Source of the DNA: Dudresnaya verticillata
Lineage: Eukaryota
Length of the DNA stretch: 64,000 nucleotides
Assembly (NCBI GenBank): GCA_977862235.1
Contig: OZ374557.1
Coordinates: 2,108,001-2,172,000 of the forward strand
Direction: 5' to 3'
Below are positions 37,994 through 49,543 of the stretch, piece after piece; position 1 is the first letter of the stretch; every line of letters begins with the position of its first letter. The notes under the pieces were generated by a model. The model ran no database searches. It was not told the DNA's origin and was given only the letters and a program-made list of their open reading frames with translations. Both the position numbers and the translations under genes were made by a program.

Positions 37994-39775
37994 GTGCGGT
38001 CGCGCGCACCGTCTTGTTCAACACCAGACCCACCGTCCCTTTCACCTTCGACGGCGTTGGGGGCAGCGAGCCCCCACGTCGAGCGCAGCGGCGCTTCGAA
38101 GGACACGAACGACGTCCCGGTCGACGGGACGTCGTGGGCGACGCGCACCAAACCACCCTGGCCGCCGCGGCGTCGACGCAAGCGACAGGCCAGGCGGAAA
38201 GGGCGCAGCTCCCCGACGGCGGGACAGGCGGTACCTGACGCTCGACGCGAGGGTACCGGGGCTCCCTGCATCGACGCAGAGCCGGCCACTACCCCCGATG
38301 GGTACGTGTGCCTCCTGTCCTCCGAGATTTACCGAGTGTCCGGGTCCCTCGGTGCGGACCCGCGGGTTATGATACCCCACACCATCGCGGTGGACACCGG
38401 CTCCGGGTACAACCTCATCGCTCGAGGTGCCCTGCCCGCAGGCTGGGAGGAAAACGCGTCAGAGATCGACTCCGCGCCACGCCTGGCAGGCGCCGACAAG
38501 ACTCCGCTGAGGCTGTCCGGCGTCGTCCACCTCTCGATGAGGTTGGGGAACACGACGTTCCGCGTGCCTTTCATCGTCGCCGACACGCTCGCGGTCGACG
38601 TACGGATAGGCACGCAGTTTATCAACGCGCACGTGCGCGAAATCGACGTCGAGTCGAGAATGCTGACGCTGAGGAAAGGAGGCTCGGTGCCCATCCTCAG
38701 CCGCAGGAACCCTAGCGAGGGAACCGATCCGGCAACGCAGCCGAAAACCCCATCGAAGGGTTTGTCGAAGAAGCACCAGCGGGAGCTTCTCGACTGGGAT
38801 CACGATACCCACACCATACGCCTCGCTAGGCAGGTGGTTGTCCCAGCCTACTCGCAGAGGCTCGTCTCGGTGACGTCGGGGGCTAGTGGGTTAATCCACA
38901 CGGAGCCCAAACCCTCGTTGCAGTTCCGCCACGGCGTGAGATTGACCAACGGGGTGCACGACATCGAGTCGGAGCGACCCTTCAAGGTTATCTTGGGCAA
39001 CTGGACGGACAAAGCCCGGACCCTACCGAAGGGTACCGTGGTTGGCTATGCGGTCCGCAACCCAGTCACCCTAATAACCCCGGACCGCGACGTCACGGAA
39101 GAGTTCGGGAGGGTGATGAATATCACCACCCTTCCCCACAAAGGGCAGCGGCCCAGGGGAAAGGGGAGCACCGACCCCCCAGTCACGCCGTCGATGGCGA
39201 GGGGCCCCGAGCCCACAAAGCTCCAAGGGGCAGCAACCGCAGCGGCGGAGAGAGGAGAGTCCATCGAGGACTGGGAGTCGCAGGTGGACCTTTCGTCTAT
39301 CGAAGACAAGGTCACCCGCGAAGAAGTCCTCGCCATGCTTCGGAAGCATCAGTCCATGTGGGACGGGAGGCTAGGCACGATTGCCGCTACGCAACACCAC
39401 ATCGACGTGGAACCCGGCACGCGGCCAATTCGCTCAATGCCCTATCGACAGGGCCCCGCTATGCGGAAGCTCGTACAGAACGAGGTCGAGACCATGCTGC
39501 GGGCAGGGGTAATCGAACCCGCCACGTCGGAGTGGGCATCGCCAGTCGTTCTGTCGCCCAAGAAGGATGGAACGCTCAGGTTTTGTGTGGACTATCGACG
39601 TCTTAACACCAAAACTCTGAGCGATGCGTACCCACTCCCACGCATGGATGACTGTATCGACAGTCTTGGCGACGCTGCCATTTTCGCCACGCTGGATTGT
39701 AACGCGGGGTACTGGCAAATCCCTGTCGCAGCGGCTGACAGGGATAAGACCACGTTCACGACGTTCCTAGGGACC
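37994..39775 (+). pseudogene. pol: pol of E3: protease plus RT N-terminal part; rest of RT, RH and IN deleted
   Basis: AVDTGSGYNLI, FCVDYRRLN, LDCNAGYWQI, KTTFTTFLGT, then abrupt loss of homology. Confidence 0.92.
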
Positions 39776-41058
39776 GCAGGCATTCGTTGCCTTTTGCGAA
39801 TGCAATCGATGCCTCACCCTACCCTGCACTGGGCACCGAGCCTAGACAGGTCACCCTTGCGCCAGCGGCAGCGGCAGCAGCGCAAGAGGGGGCAGCAGAA
39901 CGCTGATTCCGGCGCATCGATGCGCGCAGGGCGGCTGCCAGCCAACCAAGCCTGGGGCAGCGGCCCCGGGCTGGTCGCACTCACTCGCAAGCGGCGAGGA
40001 GACGAAGCCGCTACCTCGCCTTCGCACGTGACAGGCGTCGACGCCTCACGCACGCAAGGTAAGGGGCGCTGACCAGCGGCTACCGAAGCCGCTAACCAGC
40101 TCCCCGCACGCGGCGCTACCGCCGCTCACGCCAGTGCAACCCAACACGCCAGCCGCAGCGGCTGCTGGGCGAGAAGGGGTCACACCAGCGTGAGTGCGGA
40201 GCGGGCGCGTCGACGCGTCCAAGGCCGTCGCTGTCGAAGCGAAGTGGTGTGAGACAAAGGGCAGCGGCCCGATCGCCACCTCATGCGGGTGCACCGAAGT
40301 GCCGTTGCACTCCATGCGCAACGGCACCCCAAAAGCGCACGCCACTTTTGGCGTGCGCCTCGGCGCGGGACGCACGCAGCGCATCGAGCGCGAAAAGTGT
40401 TCCGGCTGCAGTACGTACTGTAGCCGGGGGTCGGGAAACACCCAACCAGGTCAGCGGGCCGGAAGGCAACAGCCAATGCAAGGGGTTGCGAAAAATCCCC
40501 AGCCAACGATTGGCTATAATTTGGGCGCAAACCGCCTCCCGACGGGAGCAACAGCAGCGGCTGATCGAGTAGCCAGAAGTGCCGCGCCGCCGGCAAGTGG
40601 GTGCGAGGCAGCGGCCTCGCCGAAGCTAGCCGCTGTGGCACCAGGCACCCAAGACGGGCGCGCAAGGGCAACCACTGTGGCCTCCCCCATGCCAAGGCGG
40701 CATGCCGCGCAGCGGCGCTGGGAGCCACATGGGACCGGCACGCTTGCCTATTGCACCTGAGCAGCGGCTCACGCAAGCCCCGCGTCGAGAAGACCGCTGT
40801 CGTAGCGCAATGGCGATGCACGCGGGCTCGACGCGCGCGCGCAGCACTCACCGTGGGCAGCGGCCCGATGTGGTGAGCTGCTGCGCCGGCGAACGCTCTC
40901 GCCACAAATAAGTTCGCATCGACGCGGGCCGAAGCCATATCCCACCCCTTTCCCTTTTAACATCTCTAACGACGCAGCGGCGTAACTGGACTAAAAGGCG
41001 CAGCGGCGCTCTAATCGCTGGGTGCCACGGCACCCGCAGACACAATGCGTCGATCGCA

Positions 41059-43983
41059 CTATTGGGCAGCGTTGCCCCCGGCCCCCGCTTCCGGCTGAGC
41101 AGTCATCGACGACGCAAAGCCAGGGGCGGAGGGGTCATAACCGGTGGCCTCGGCCGCAGCGCGCGACTGAGTTGGTGCGGCAGCGCCCGCTGCGGTACCC
41201 GACGCGTGGTGCACCGCAGGGGCGCCAGTGGCAGCGGCCGCTAACCCAGCAGGGCTCACTTGCCCCACTGGGGGACCATACCCCTGCGGCATGTAGCCCG
41301 GGGGGACGGGCGCAGCGGCGCCCGGCTGCTGTGGGACTCCACTGCCCTGCACCACCATCGACGGGGTGTAGCCGGAAGGGCCCCATGGGAGCATATGGCC
41401 AGCGGGCCCGACGGCATAAGGCAGCATCGTTTGCTGCGCAGCCTGCGCTGGCGCGTATGACGGCATCGGCTGCTTCGTCGACGCCGGCATCGGGGGCGGC
41501 TGGTACTCCTCTCGTGGCCGCTTGCCGAGGGACCCGACGACTGGGGATGAACGGACAGCACGCCTCAGCTCTTCCTGCAGTCGTTGCGCATCGTGCGCAA
41601 ACCTGTCCCGCTCGATGCGGTAGCGAAGGGTGATGGCGTTCGCAGCAGCGAGGTCGTCATGCGTCCCCGCTAGATGGGCCGCAAAGGCGGCAACGAGAGT
41701 GCGCAGCGGCGCGCCCTCACCCAACTGTACCAGCGCCACGGCGCGGCGTACATTTTGGTCACTCCAGAGGCTCACCGCCACCGGCGCATCGAGCGCATCG
41801 GTTGTGGGCGGCGGCACATAAGCAGCCACCGCCATCGATGGCGGTGGGCCATACCTCACTGCCTGCCTCGACGGCGTATAGGCAGCGGGCAGCGGATCGA
41901 CTGCTGCCTGCTTCTCCTGACCTCCACCCATGGCAGCGGCCGGGGGAGGTGGTGCCACAGCTCGAAGTGCCGGTGCCGCGGCACGTGGCACCGGTGGCAA
42001 GTAGGGCTCGGCCTCCGAGGCCATAACGGCAGCGGCCGACTTGGATGTCCCACTTATGCCCCGACGAGCGCGCGGCTTAGCGGCCCGCTCGACGCGGGCC
42101 ATGTCCGCCATCGAGGCGTAGCCACGATCCTTCCGCGGCGCGCGTGCGCGTTGGATCTTGTGAAAGGTCCCCGCCACCGGGTTGACCCCGCAAATGAACG
42201 CATCGACGCGTTTTGCAAAGTGGCGGCGACGGGTGTGCTTCTCTCTGGCAGCGGCCACGAAGCGCGTCGTGTTCAGCAGCTGCTTGAACTCGAACGTCAC
42301 CGATGTGTTGTCTGGGCCTGCCGCGCCTCGGAGGCGTGGGAAGCCCTGGCGCCCGCTGCGCCACAGTACATCGAGGTACACCAAAATGCGGTCGTCGAGG
42401 ACCCAGCAAATTTCCTTCGATAGGATGTCGGAGGCGTAGTGACGCCACACCTCAAAGGCATATTCGTCGGAGCGCCTAGCGAGGAGCTCTCGATGAACTG
42501 CCTCATTTCCCGCCGTGGCGTAGTGGAAATAACGCTCGATGCTGGGCCACGGGACGATCATGCCAGCGGGCACGTCCCGGTGCGAATACCACTCCGCTGA
42601 GGGAAACCACGACGCGTCGAGCGCCGAGTGCAAGCGGGCACCCGTGGTGATGAGCCCATCACCGGGAGCGCGGCAGGTGGCCCAGTCCCGCTCCCCCATG
42701 CACAGCCCGAGGAGGCGGCGCGCGCATTCGGCATCGGCCAGACCGCGCGCCTCCTCCGGCGTCTCCTCGATGGGGACGTCCCTCAACCAGGCCAACGAGG
42801 CCGCGAGGGGCTTGTGGGACCCATCGACGGGTTTCACAAAAAGGGCTTCGGCGCCCTTATCCACGATCAGCAGCGGATTGATCGTGGTGACGAACGAAAC
42901 GTCACACGGTAGGCCGTTCGGTACGAGCCATACCGGCGATGCGGGCATAAAGGCGTTGTAGGCAGCGGCCCCGCCATCGTCGCTCGCATCTGCCACGCGC
43001 AGGAGACGTTGGACGTCAATCCTTTGCACGGGCAACCGACGCCACTGGTCCAGCGGGATCTGGTGGCGCGGTGCCTCCCACGCGAAGACAGTGGGAGGCA
43101 ATGCGGCTGCATTGGGCACCGCGACACCGAGTCGCTGGGGCCCAATCGTCAGAGACACCCCTCGCATGGTGATCCCCGGCAGAGGGGGAGCCACGGCAGC
43201 GGCCGATGACGACTCGATGGCAGCGGCCGATGACGACTCGATGGCAGCGGCCACGCTTGTGACAGGGGCGGTCGACGCCCCTGCTCCGGGGTCGCCTTGC
43301 GCCGATGCGCTAAGGCCCCGGCGGGGCACGAATGGAGCCGCAGCGGGCGGCTTCCTGCTCCCCCTTGACGCGGAGGCAGTCGATGACCCCGTTAGGTCAA
43401 GGGCACGGGCCGCGGGTGGCGCATCGACGCGCGGAGCAGCGAAGGGCACAGCGACCGGAGCCGCCTCCTCTGGGCATGGAGCGGCAGCGGCCGCCCTACT
43501 CCGGTCCAAGCCTCCCAATCCTCGCAGCGGCGTGTCTTGGGTGGCCACCTCGACCTCCTCATAGCTCGGCAGAGGTCGGGTCGCCTTGCCCCGGGCCAGC
43601 GCAGCGGCTGCTGGCTCCGGGGGCACTTGGGCGGGATATGTGTCAACCGCAGCGGCGGGACGCATCTCCGATGTCTTGGCGGGTGCAGCGGCGCCCGCTC
43701 CAATTTGGTCAGCAGCTGCTGGACCGATATACGCAGTGGCGTTGGCCCCAGCCGCCGAAGCAGCGGCGAGGCCACTGGTCACCGAGTCCGCCACCGCAGC
43801 GGGCGGTGGGCGTGTCAGCGCAGCAGCGCTTTCCCCAAGCGCATCCGGCGCCTGGGGTTGCTGGGCATCTGCCACCGCTTCCGCCGGTGCAACCGTCGAT
43901 GGCGCACCAGCCGGCGGCGGCGTGGTTGCGGGCGCCCCTTCGTCAGGGGCGCCCCGGGTGGCAGACGAGCGCGTCTTGGCCAT
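41059..43983 (-). CDS. Intact antisense accessory ORF of E3 (~974 aa, unknown family)
   Basis: Uninterrupted ORF from MAKTRSS; Ala/Pro-rich ends, Trp-rich core homologous to the E1 antisense ORF, coiled-coil-like segment, GKRPR basic motif. Confidence 0.85.
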   Translation of the reverse strand: MAKTRSSATRGAPDEGAPATTPPPAGAPSTVAPAEAVADAQQPQAPDALGESAAALTRPPPAAVADSVTSGLAAASAAGANATAYIGPAAADQIGAGAAAPAKTSEMRPAAAVDTYPAQVPPEPAAAALARGKATRPLPSYEEVEVATQDTPLRGLGGLDRSRAAAAAPCPEEAAPVAVPFAAPRVDAPPAARALDLTGSSTASASRGSRKPPAAAPFVPRRGLSASAQGDPGAGASTAPVTSVAAAIESSSAAAIESSSAAAVAPPLPGITMRGVSLTIGPQRLGVAVPNAAALPPTVFAWEAPRHQIPLDQWRRLPVQRIDVQRLLRVADASDDGGAAAYNAFMPASPVWLVPNGLPCDVSFVTTINPLLIVDKGAEALFVKPVDGSHKPLAASLAWLRDVPIEETPEEARGLADAECARRLLGLCMGERDWATCRAPGDGLITTGARLHSALDASWFPSAEWYSHRDVPAGMIVPWPSIERYFHYATAGNEAVHRELLARRSDEYAFEVWRHYASDILSKEICWVLDDRILVYLDVLWRSGRQGFPRLRGAAGPDNTSVTFEFKQLLNTTRFVAAAREKHTRRRHFAKRVDAFICGVNPVAGTFHKIQRARAPRKDRGYASMADMARVERAAKPRARRGISGTSKSAAAVMASEAEPYLPPVPRAAAPALRAVAPPPPAAAMGGGQEKQAAVDPLPAAYTPSRQAVRYGPPPSMAVAAYVPPPTTDALDAPVAVSLWSDQNVRRAVALVQLGEGAPLRTLVAAFAAHLAGTHDDLAAANAITLRYRIERDRFAHDAQRLQEELRRAVRSSPVVGSLGKRPREEYQPPPMPASTKQPMPSYAPAQAAQQTMLPYAVGPAGHMLPWGPSGYTPSMVVQGSGVPQQPGAAAPVPPGYMPQGYGPPVGQVSPAGLAAAATGAPAVHHASGTAAGAAAPTQSRAAAEATGYDPSAPGFASSMTAQPEAGAGGNAAQ

Positions 43984-44290
43984 ACCGCACGTCGACGTGG
44001 GCACTCGCGTCGAGCGAAGGGGGCGGAGAAGGCGTAGCACGATACACACACGACAGCGGTCACTGGTGTGCTGAAGTATGTGGGCGAACGGGGGGGTCGT
44101 GGAGAGCGATACCCGCAACCTCCCCAGCGCCGACTCCGCAGCGATCCTTATATGCGCAGCGGCGCAGACGGGCGGGCACGCGCATACACCGTCGACGGGC
44201 GCGCGTGCCAATCACTGTCAACGGCCACTCGGGATTTCCAACGTGGCCCCGGCCCCGGTAAACCTCAACGGCCGTGAGCGGGGCGCTCAC

Positions 44291-44302
44291 GAGGGGGGGC
44301 CG
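44291..44302 (+). other. Polypurine tract of E3
   Basis: GAGGGGGGGCCG directly before the 3' LTR. Confidence 0.9.
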
Positions 44303-45076
44303 TGTAGTATAGCTGTCAGCACACTATCAGCAGCGGCTGTAATGTATGCTGGCAGCCCTGCACTGTAATGGTGCACACGATGACGCCCGCTGGCGAGTCG
44401 TGGTTGGGCGGCGTGCCCTTAGTTTTTTTGTTGAATTAGTAGCGGTCGACCGCATTGCTGCCGGCAGCGGCCGCGCGCCGTGCCGCACACGGCGCGCCCC
44501 TGTGACGCTCTCCGGCATCGAGCCGTTGAGAGGCCCGCTGCCCGTTTCGCCCCGCGCGCGCCCACGGGTAACCGTTACCCGGACGAGTCGACACGTATAT
44601 GGGCGCGCGCTCGCACACCTCCCGCGTTGGTGTTGTGGGGCGCACCTACTGTAGAAGTAGTCGTAGTGCACATAGTGTAGGGTATTTAAGGCCGTCGGCC
44701 ATCGATGGCTCAGTAAACCGGGCAAGCAACAGCTCGCGCTGAAGCTTGCCCCCAGCCTTTCCGGGTTCGATGCCTTTGCCTTACGCCAGCGGGCGGTTTC
44801 CCCTTTTCCCCTTGCCTCGCTAGGCTTTCCCCTTTCCTTTTCCTTTCCGTCGGCTTCGTGCCGCCCTTCGACAGGGACGCTGGGATCCGGCCGCTGTCTA
44901 CCCGCGTACGGTACGCCCCGTGCGCGCTCCCGCATCGACGCCGTCGATCCGCACCTGCGGGGCGCACGCGGCCGACACCGCTCTACCAACCCCAACAGCT
45001 ACCCATCGACGGGTCTGTGTGGCGGCTTCGGACCAGCAAGTATCAGACGTCGGATCGACCCGACGTCTATACTACA
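44303..45076 (+). repeat. 3' LTR of E3 (774 bp)
   Basis: Direct repeat of 34715-35485 with ~20 differences. Confidence 0.97.
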
Positions 45077-48055
45077 GTTATCAAGAAGCTCTTGTGGGAA
45101 AATATTGACGAGACTTGCCCGTGGTGCTTACGAAGACGGGGTATATGACGGATTTGTACAGAGCCTTCCTATGCTTTCGCTACACCATAAGTCAAAGGTA
45201 TCTGTTGTAGCAAGGAAAGAGGGAGGCAACAATTCAGAGTCGTGCTTCGTACCATTGCGATGTGTCTCGCCAGATGGAAGCTACTTTCTTTGCGCTTTTT
45301 GTGACACTGAGATTGCTAGTCGCCATTGCCAGCATGTAACAGAACTGAGAGCGCTCTCCGCGGGTGAACCACCCGCAATTGAGTTCTTCTCCACAGGCAG
45401 TGCTTCGCCGCTGCGATCTGGTCCTCTACCAGGCGGTTTAAATTGGGACCCCATGGATGATGTGGAGTCGGAGTCTACGTACCCCTTGTCCATCGTCAAC
45501 TGTTCTGCAAGTATTCGTATTGATCGTCTCGTTGCTCAGCTGTCTCAGATGGGGCTGCCATACGTAGTCTCAGCCCCAAGAATTTGCTTCATTTGCGGTT
45601 CGGTTCGAGTGTAATCTACTCGACGCTTTCGAGAAGGCATCGTGCTGTCCACAGGCGCAAGCTGTCGAATGTATGTTGAAGACTATGACTGTAGCAAGCA
45701 GGACTGCTCAGCGACTGTTCATTCCGAGGGCCGAGATCACTGGATCCTCTTGCTTTCACTCTCGTCTGCGGCGACACACGTACTCCTACGAAGAGAGCTG
45801 ATTGGCGTAGTTCTAAACAATGGGACGCTTAACAGTCGACTGAGTCAATACCACTCCGAGGTCGTAGCAAATGTGGACTCTGGACTTGTCCCTGGCATAC
45901 AACTTGGGAATGAAACCACATCTGGAGTTCATGATAGGTGGAAGGCACAACTGGTATCAAACTATGAATATTTTATGCCGCAGCTGTCCCCTTCCTTGAT
46001 ACAGGTATTCTCTCAGTTCGTAGAATCTAACGGAGGGTCAGAAGCATTGTGGCATAGCATGCGCAATGTGTGGCGAGAAGGGATGAATGTCCAACCCGAG
46101 AAGCAAAGCTTATCACACGTTACAGATGGCGACACCAATATCCTCGGGCATCACCGGAAGTGGAGAACGACACGGCTTCTACACAAGATGTGCAAGGCGA
46201 TGTGCCAGCTAATGACAATGACCCCAGAGCCAAGTCTTTCTACCTGTGATAATGCGTCGACGAGGATGGGAGACTTCATGCTGTCTGCACCGACGGAATC
46301 TGGAGTGGGTATCAGAAAAAGTTGGCATGTCCGTTCTACAACATCGCACAGTCGTGTAAGCCTTTGACCCCTTCGGGTAATTCTGGTAATATGGGCAGAA
46401 CACCGAAGCGCCCAATTGCCGGATTGCTGCGCCGTGAACGAACTGCTGTGTTTCTAGAGCTTGCATTGAAGGGTTCTCCTTGCATTGATGTCTCAAAATC
46501 AAGTGTTTCGTCAGCAGTATTGGCAATTCGCTTAGCAGACCCAGATATTATTCCTCACCAGTATTTCTCCGAGTTAATATGTGGGAAGAATGCCCGTGAT
46601 CACTTGGACGACATTGGAGAACAAAGTGTGCTTTATCATCTGCGTGCGTTGACGCGAACGGTGTTTGACGCCAGTGTGATATGTGTTCGTTTGTGCAGGG
46701 CGTTGCTGAAATATTTGCGGTCTTGCAAATTAGAGTCACAGCGGCGGAAGCGAAAGAGTAACGACACCGGCAGTCGAGCCTCTACAGAAGTGCCGTTGCA
46801 GAAGAGGGTGAAAGACGCTATTGTTCGCTTCATCACATCATGCAGTCCAGAGAAGCTTGCAACGGCGGGAAGGCAGCAGGTTTGTTGGCATACAAGGCTT
46901 GATGCCGTTGACAGCTCCGAAACGCAAGCATTACTGAAGGATTTGCTGTCTATGTTCCGAGTGCTTATTCTTTCTCCTAGTCCGCAGATGATCACCCTTG
47001 CACCTCTCCCTAGTTTACGAAAGGTAGCTAAGTGTTTTGGCGAAGTTTCTGACGGTAACGAGGCATTCCATGGCATACAGAACATCTTTCTGCAGAAGGT
47101 CCGCTAGCTTGCTTTGGTGAAAACAATGTCCTTCTGCACTTACGCTTGTTGACAGCCGGATTGTTGAGTGTAATCGAGTCTGAATCGTATTTACCTGGGC
47201 TAACGCAAGCAATTGGTAGGACGCTTGAGGGCATGTGTCGTCGCATATCGGAATGGTATGCGGTTTATGACAACTTGCCACGGACGTCTTGCTCAGCAGC
47301 AAAGTTTGCTGTCGAATGGAAGAGTAAGCGACAAGAGGACCTTCGTATCAAGTACCGTGCCTTGCCGGGAGCGAGTGGTCTGGAAGGGCCGGTTCCAAAT
47401 GGCTATGTTACGGCATGCAGAACAGAGGTGTTTTTCCCTGCTCATCCTCAAGTGCGGCCCTTGGCATTTTCGGATCAGTTAAAGAAGCATTCCAGTGTGG
47501 ATGTTTTTGGTTTTTGCTCTAAAGGATATCTTCAGAAGAAAAATAAGTTCACGCCGGGTGCATTGACGTTTTGCTGCTCTTGTGCCCATCCCGTTGTAAT
47601 GGGATTTCGTGTGCTTGATAGGAACAAGGGCCAGCGCGCCGTCCTTGACGTCATTCAGTTTCGATTTGCTGACCCACCACGAAATATTCTGTATGATTTT
47701 GCATGCGGAGTTTATGGTAGTGCTGTGCACACACTATGGTGGGCAATTGACGACAAAAAAATCCTCTGACGCCTTGCACAGCTTAAACCACAATTGTGCC
47801 CCAGCTTTCACACCAGTAGCTCACAACGAGTTGAACATGGTTAACTCGGTGGCTCACGAACAGAGAAATCGCGGAATCTCATCCATCGAGTCAAGTATTC
47901 GTTACTGCGGGCAAGAACTTTACATCGCGCTACTGGCCTACCATACATCTATCCTCAACCTGCGGGTGAAGGCTAGGCTTCTGCATTCGGCAGCAGAGAG
48001 GTCGACATTTCTGAGAAGGATCTTGAATGGGCTTATTTCTATTGCCTTAAAATGA
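45077..48055 (+). pseudogene. KDZ (Kyakuja-Dileera-Zisupton)-type transposase with N-terminal Cys-cluster domains, disrupted
   Basis: CAFC..HCQH, CFIC..C..C..EGRD..TH; VCTDGIW (Asp at 46292); FFP..P..R, CSK...TPG..FCCSCAH..GF, YDFAC, DALH..NH.C, NS..HEQRN. Confidence 0.8.
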
Positions 48056-48296
48056 AGTGTTTGTGCTGCAGTTCTTAGCACGGCATAACAATGTTCTTGG
48101 ATGTTGAAGCAACTTTTTTATACTTTTTATGCCTGTGATTGTTTCTTTAATGCTGTCGAGGCAAATGGAATATTATCCCACGAAGGGATTTGAAAGGAGC
48201 ACTACGACCTTGCTGAACTGCTACACCGCCTCAGCGCCAATCCGTTTCTACACCTCACTCACAATCCATCCTCTCGGTAAACCTTGGTAATTACCG

Positions 48297-48646
48297 GCTT
48301 ATTCCTATTCTATGAAACTGCTACTCAGACGTCATATGACGTCTGACTGCGCTCTAGAGCGTGAGCGAGAGCGGGAGTACGGCGGTGAAGGGAGAGGAGA
48401 TAGGAGTAAAGCACCCAGACGCCGAGTCATATCGGCCGAGTCATATCGGCCTCGGCGTCAGGGTGCTTTACTCCTATCTCCTCTCCCTTCACCGCCGCAC
48501 TCCTGCAGTACAGCTTATAAGGTTATAACCTGTGTGCTCTACTGCGTGACTGTGTGCGTGCTGCTTATTCCTATTCTATGAAACTGCCACCGATATGACT
48601 CGGCGTCTGGGTGCTTTACTCCTTCTATAAGCTCTACTGCGTGACT
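48297..48646. repeat. Palindrome, hairpin and direct-repeat patchwork
   Basis: 47-bp-arm hairpin 48380-48426/48451-48497; 22-bp palindrome 48325-48346; 25-bp direct repeat at 48297 and 48563; 34-bp third inverted copy 48590-48623. Confidence 0.92.
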
Positions 48647-49543
48647 TTATTTGTGCGGCTTATTACTTCGAACTACGTCTAGACGTTATTTCGTGGTTCT
48701 TCACTGTGCCAAAGGAGTACTAGCTCTTTTCTCCGCTATAGCGGCTTTCAAGTATACGTACAGGTAGTCCCGTTCGCGGGACAAATGGGTATTTTCGCGG
48801 ACAGTCTTGACTTGGCCTCACATAGAATATATGTGACGATATTGGGCAAGTTAATATTGGGCTGGTCCCACAAATCCCCCACAGACATGTAATGTCCGAA
48901 TATTCTACTTCACTACATCTTCCAACATCCACATCTTCAATTTCCTACCTACATAACACACAAATACTAATTTGAGTGTATTGGTAAACGCATAGGGGCT
49001 GGACGGGTGGACGCATGCAACTGGGGCCGAGAACGTACTGAGGCAACACACCTGGCATGTGCCTTTTGAAATATGTTTGATTTTTCGAAGGAGGGAGGTT
49101 GCGCTCATTGGAATCTTGAGTTTCTCCTCCATACCGTAATAGAGCCGTTCAGCATCACTCAGACGACGTATGAAACAACTGCTTCTCTCTCTTGCGCCAA
49201 GGCACTATCTTCTGAAGAAGATTGTGGTTTGAGCACGGATCTGCTCTCGTCATCTACCTTCTTAGATCTGTGCATAGCGCTGCATGCTAACTCCTCTTTT
49301 CTATTTCTTGCCAGCGGCTTATTACTTTCTATCAGTGCACAGTGCATGCACTGCGTACGGTCAGCCTTGACTTGAGTAGGTACCCGTTTCTGCACTGCAC
49401 ACGATGACTATTCGCCACAATGAGGCCATTGCCACCCAGGCCCTCAACTGTCTCAGTTGGGTTTACGGAAACTCATGGGAAGAAGAGAGCATGCCGCGTG
49501 ACGTTGCTGCAGTCGCATCAGCGTTTACGACGGCGATTTCTGC

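Larger units (their letters stand above)
34715..45076 (+). mobile_element. Ty3/gypsy element E3 with two LTRs, an internal pol deletion and no matching TSD
   Basis: LTRs ~97% identical by eye, PBS, gag, partial pol, antisense ORF, PPT; flanks GCAGC vs GTTAT. Confidence 0.95.

Noticed and set aside
37994..40072. 692-aa ORF as a complete pol with a novel C-terminus
   Set aside because: The tail after ~39775 is read-through across a deletion junction into GC-rich non-coding DNA
41059..43983. env-like gene
   Set aside because: Antisense to pol, with no signal peptide or clear transmembrane anchor; it has basic NLS-like motifs instead
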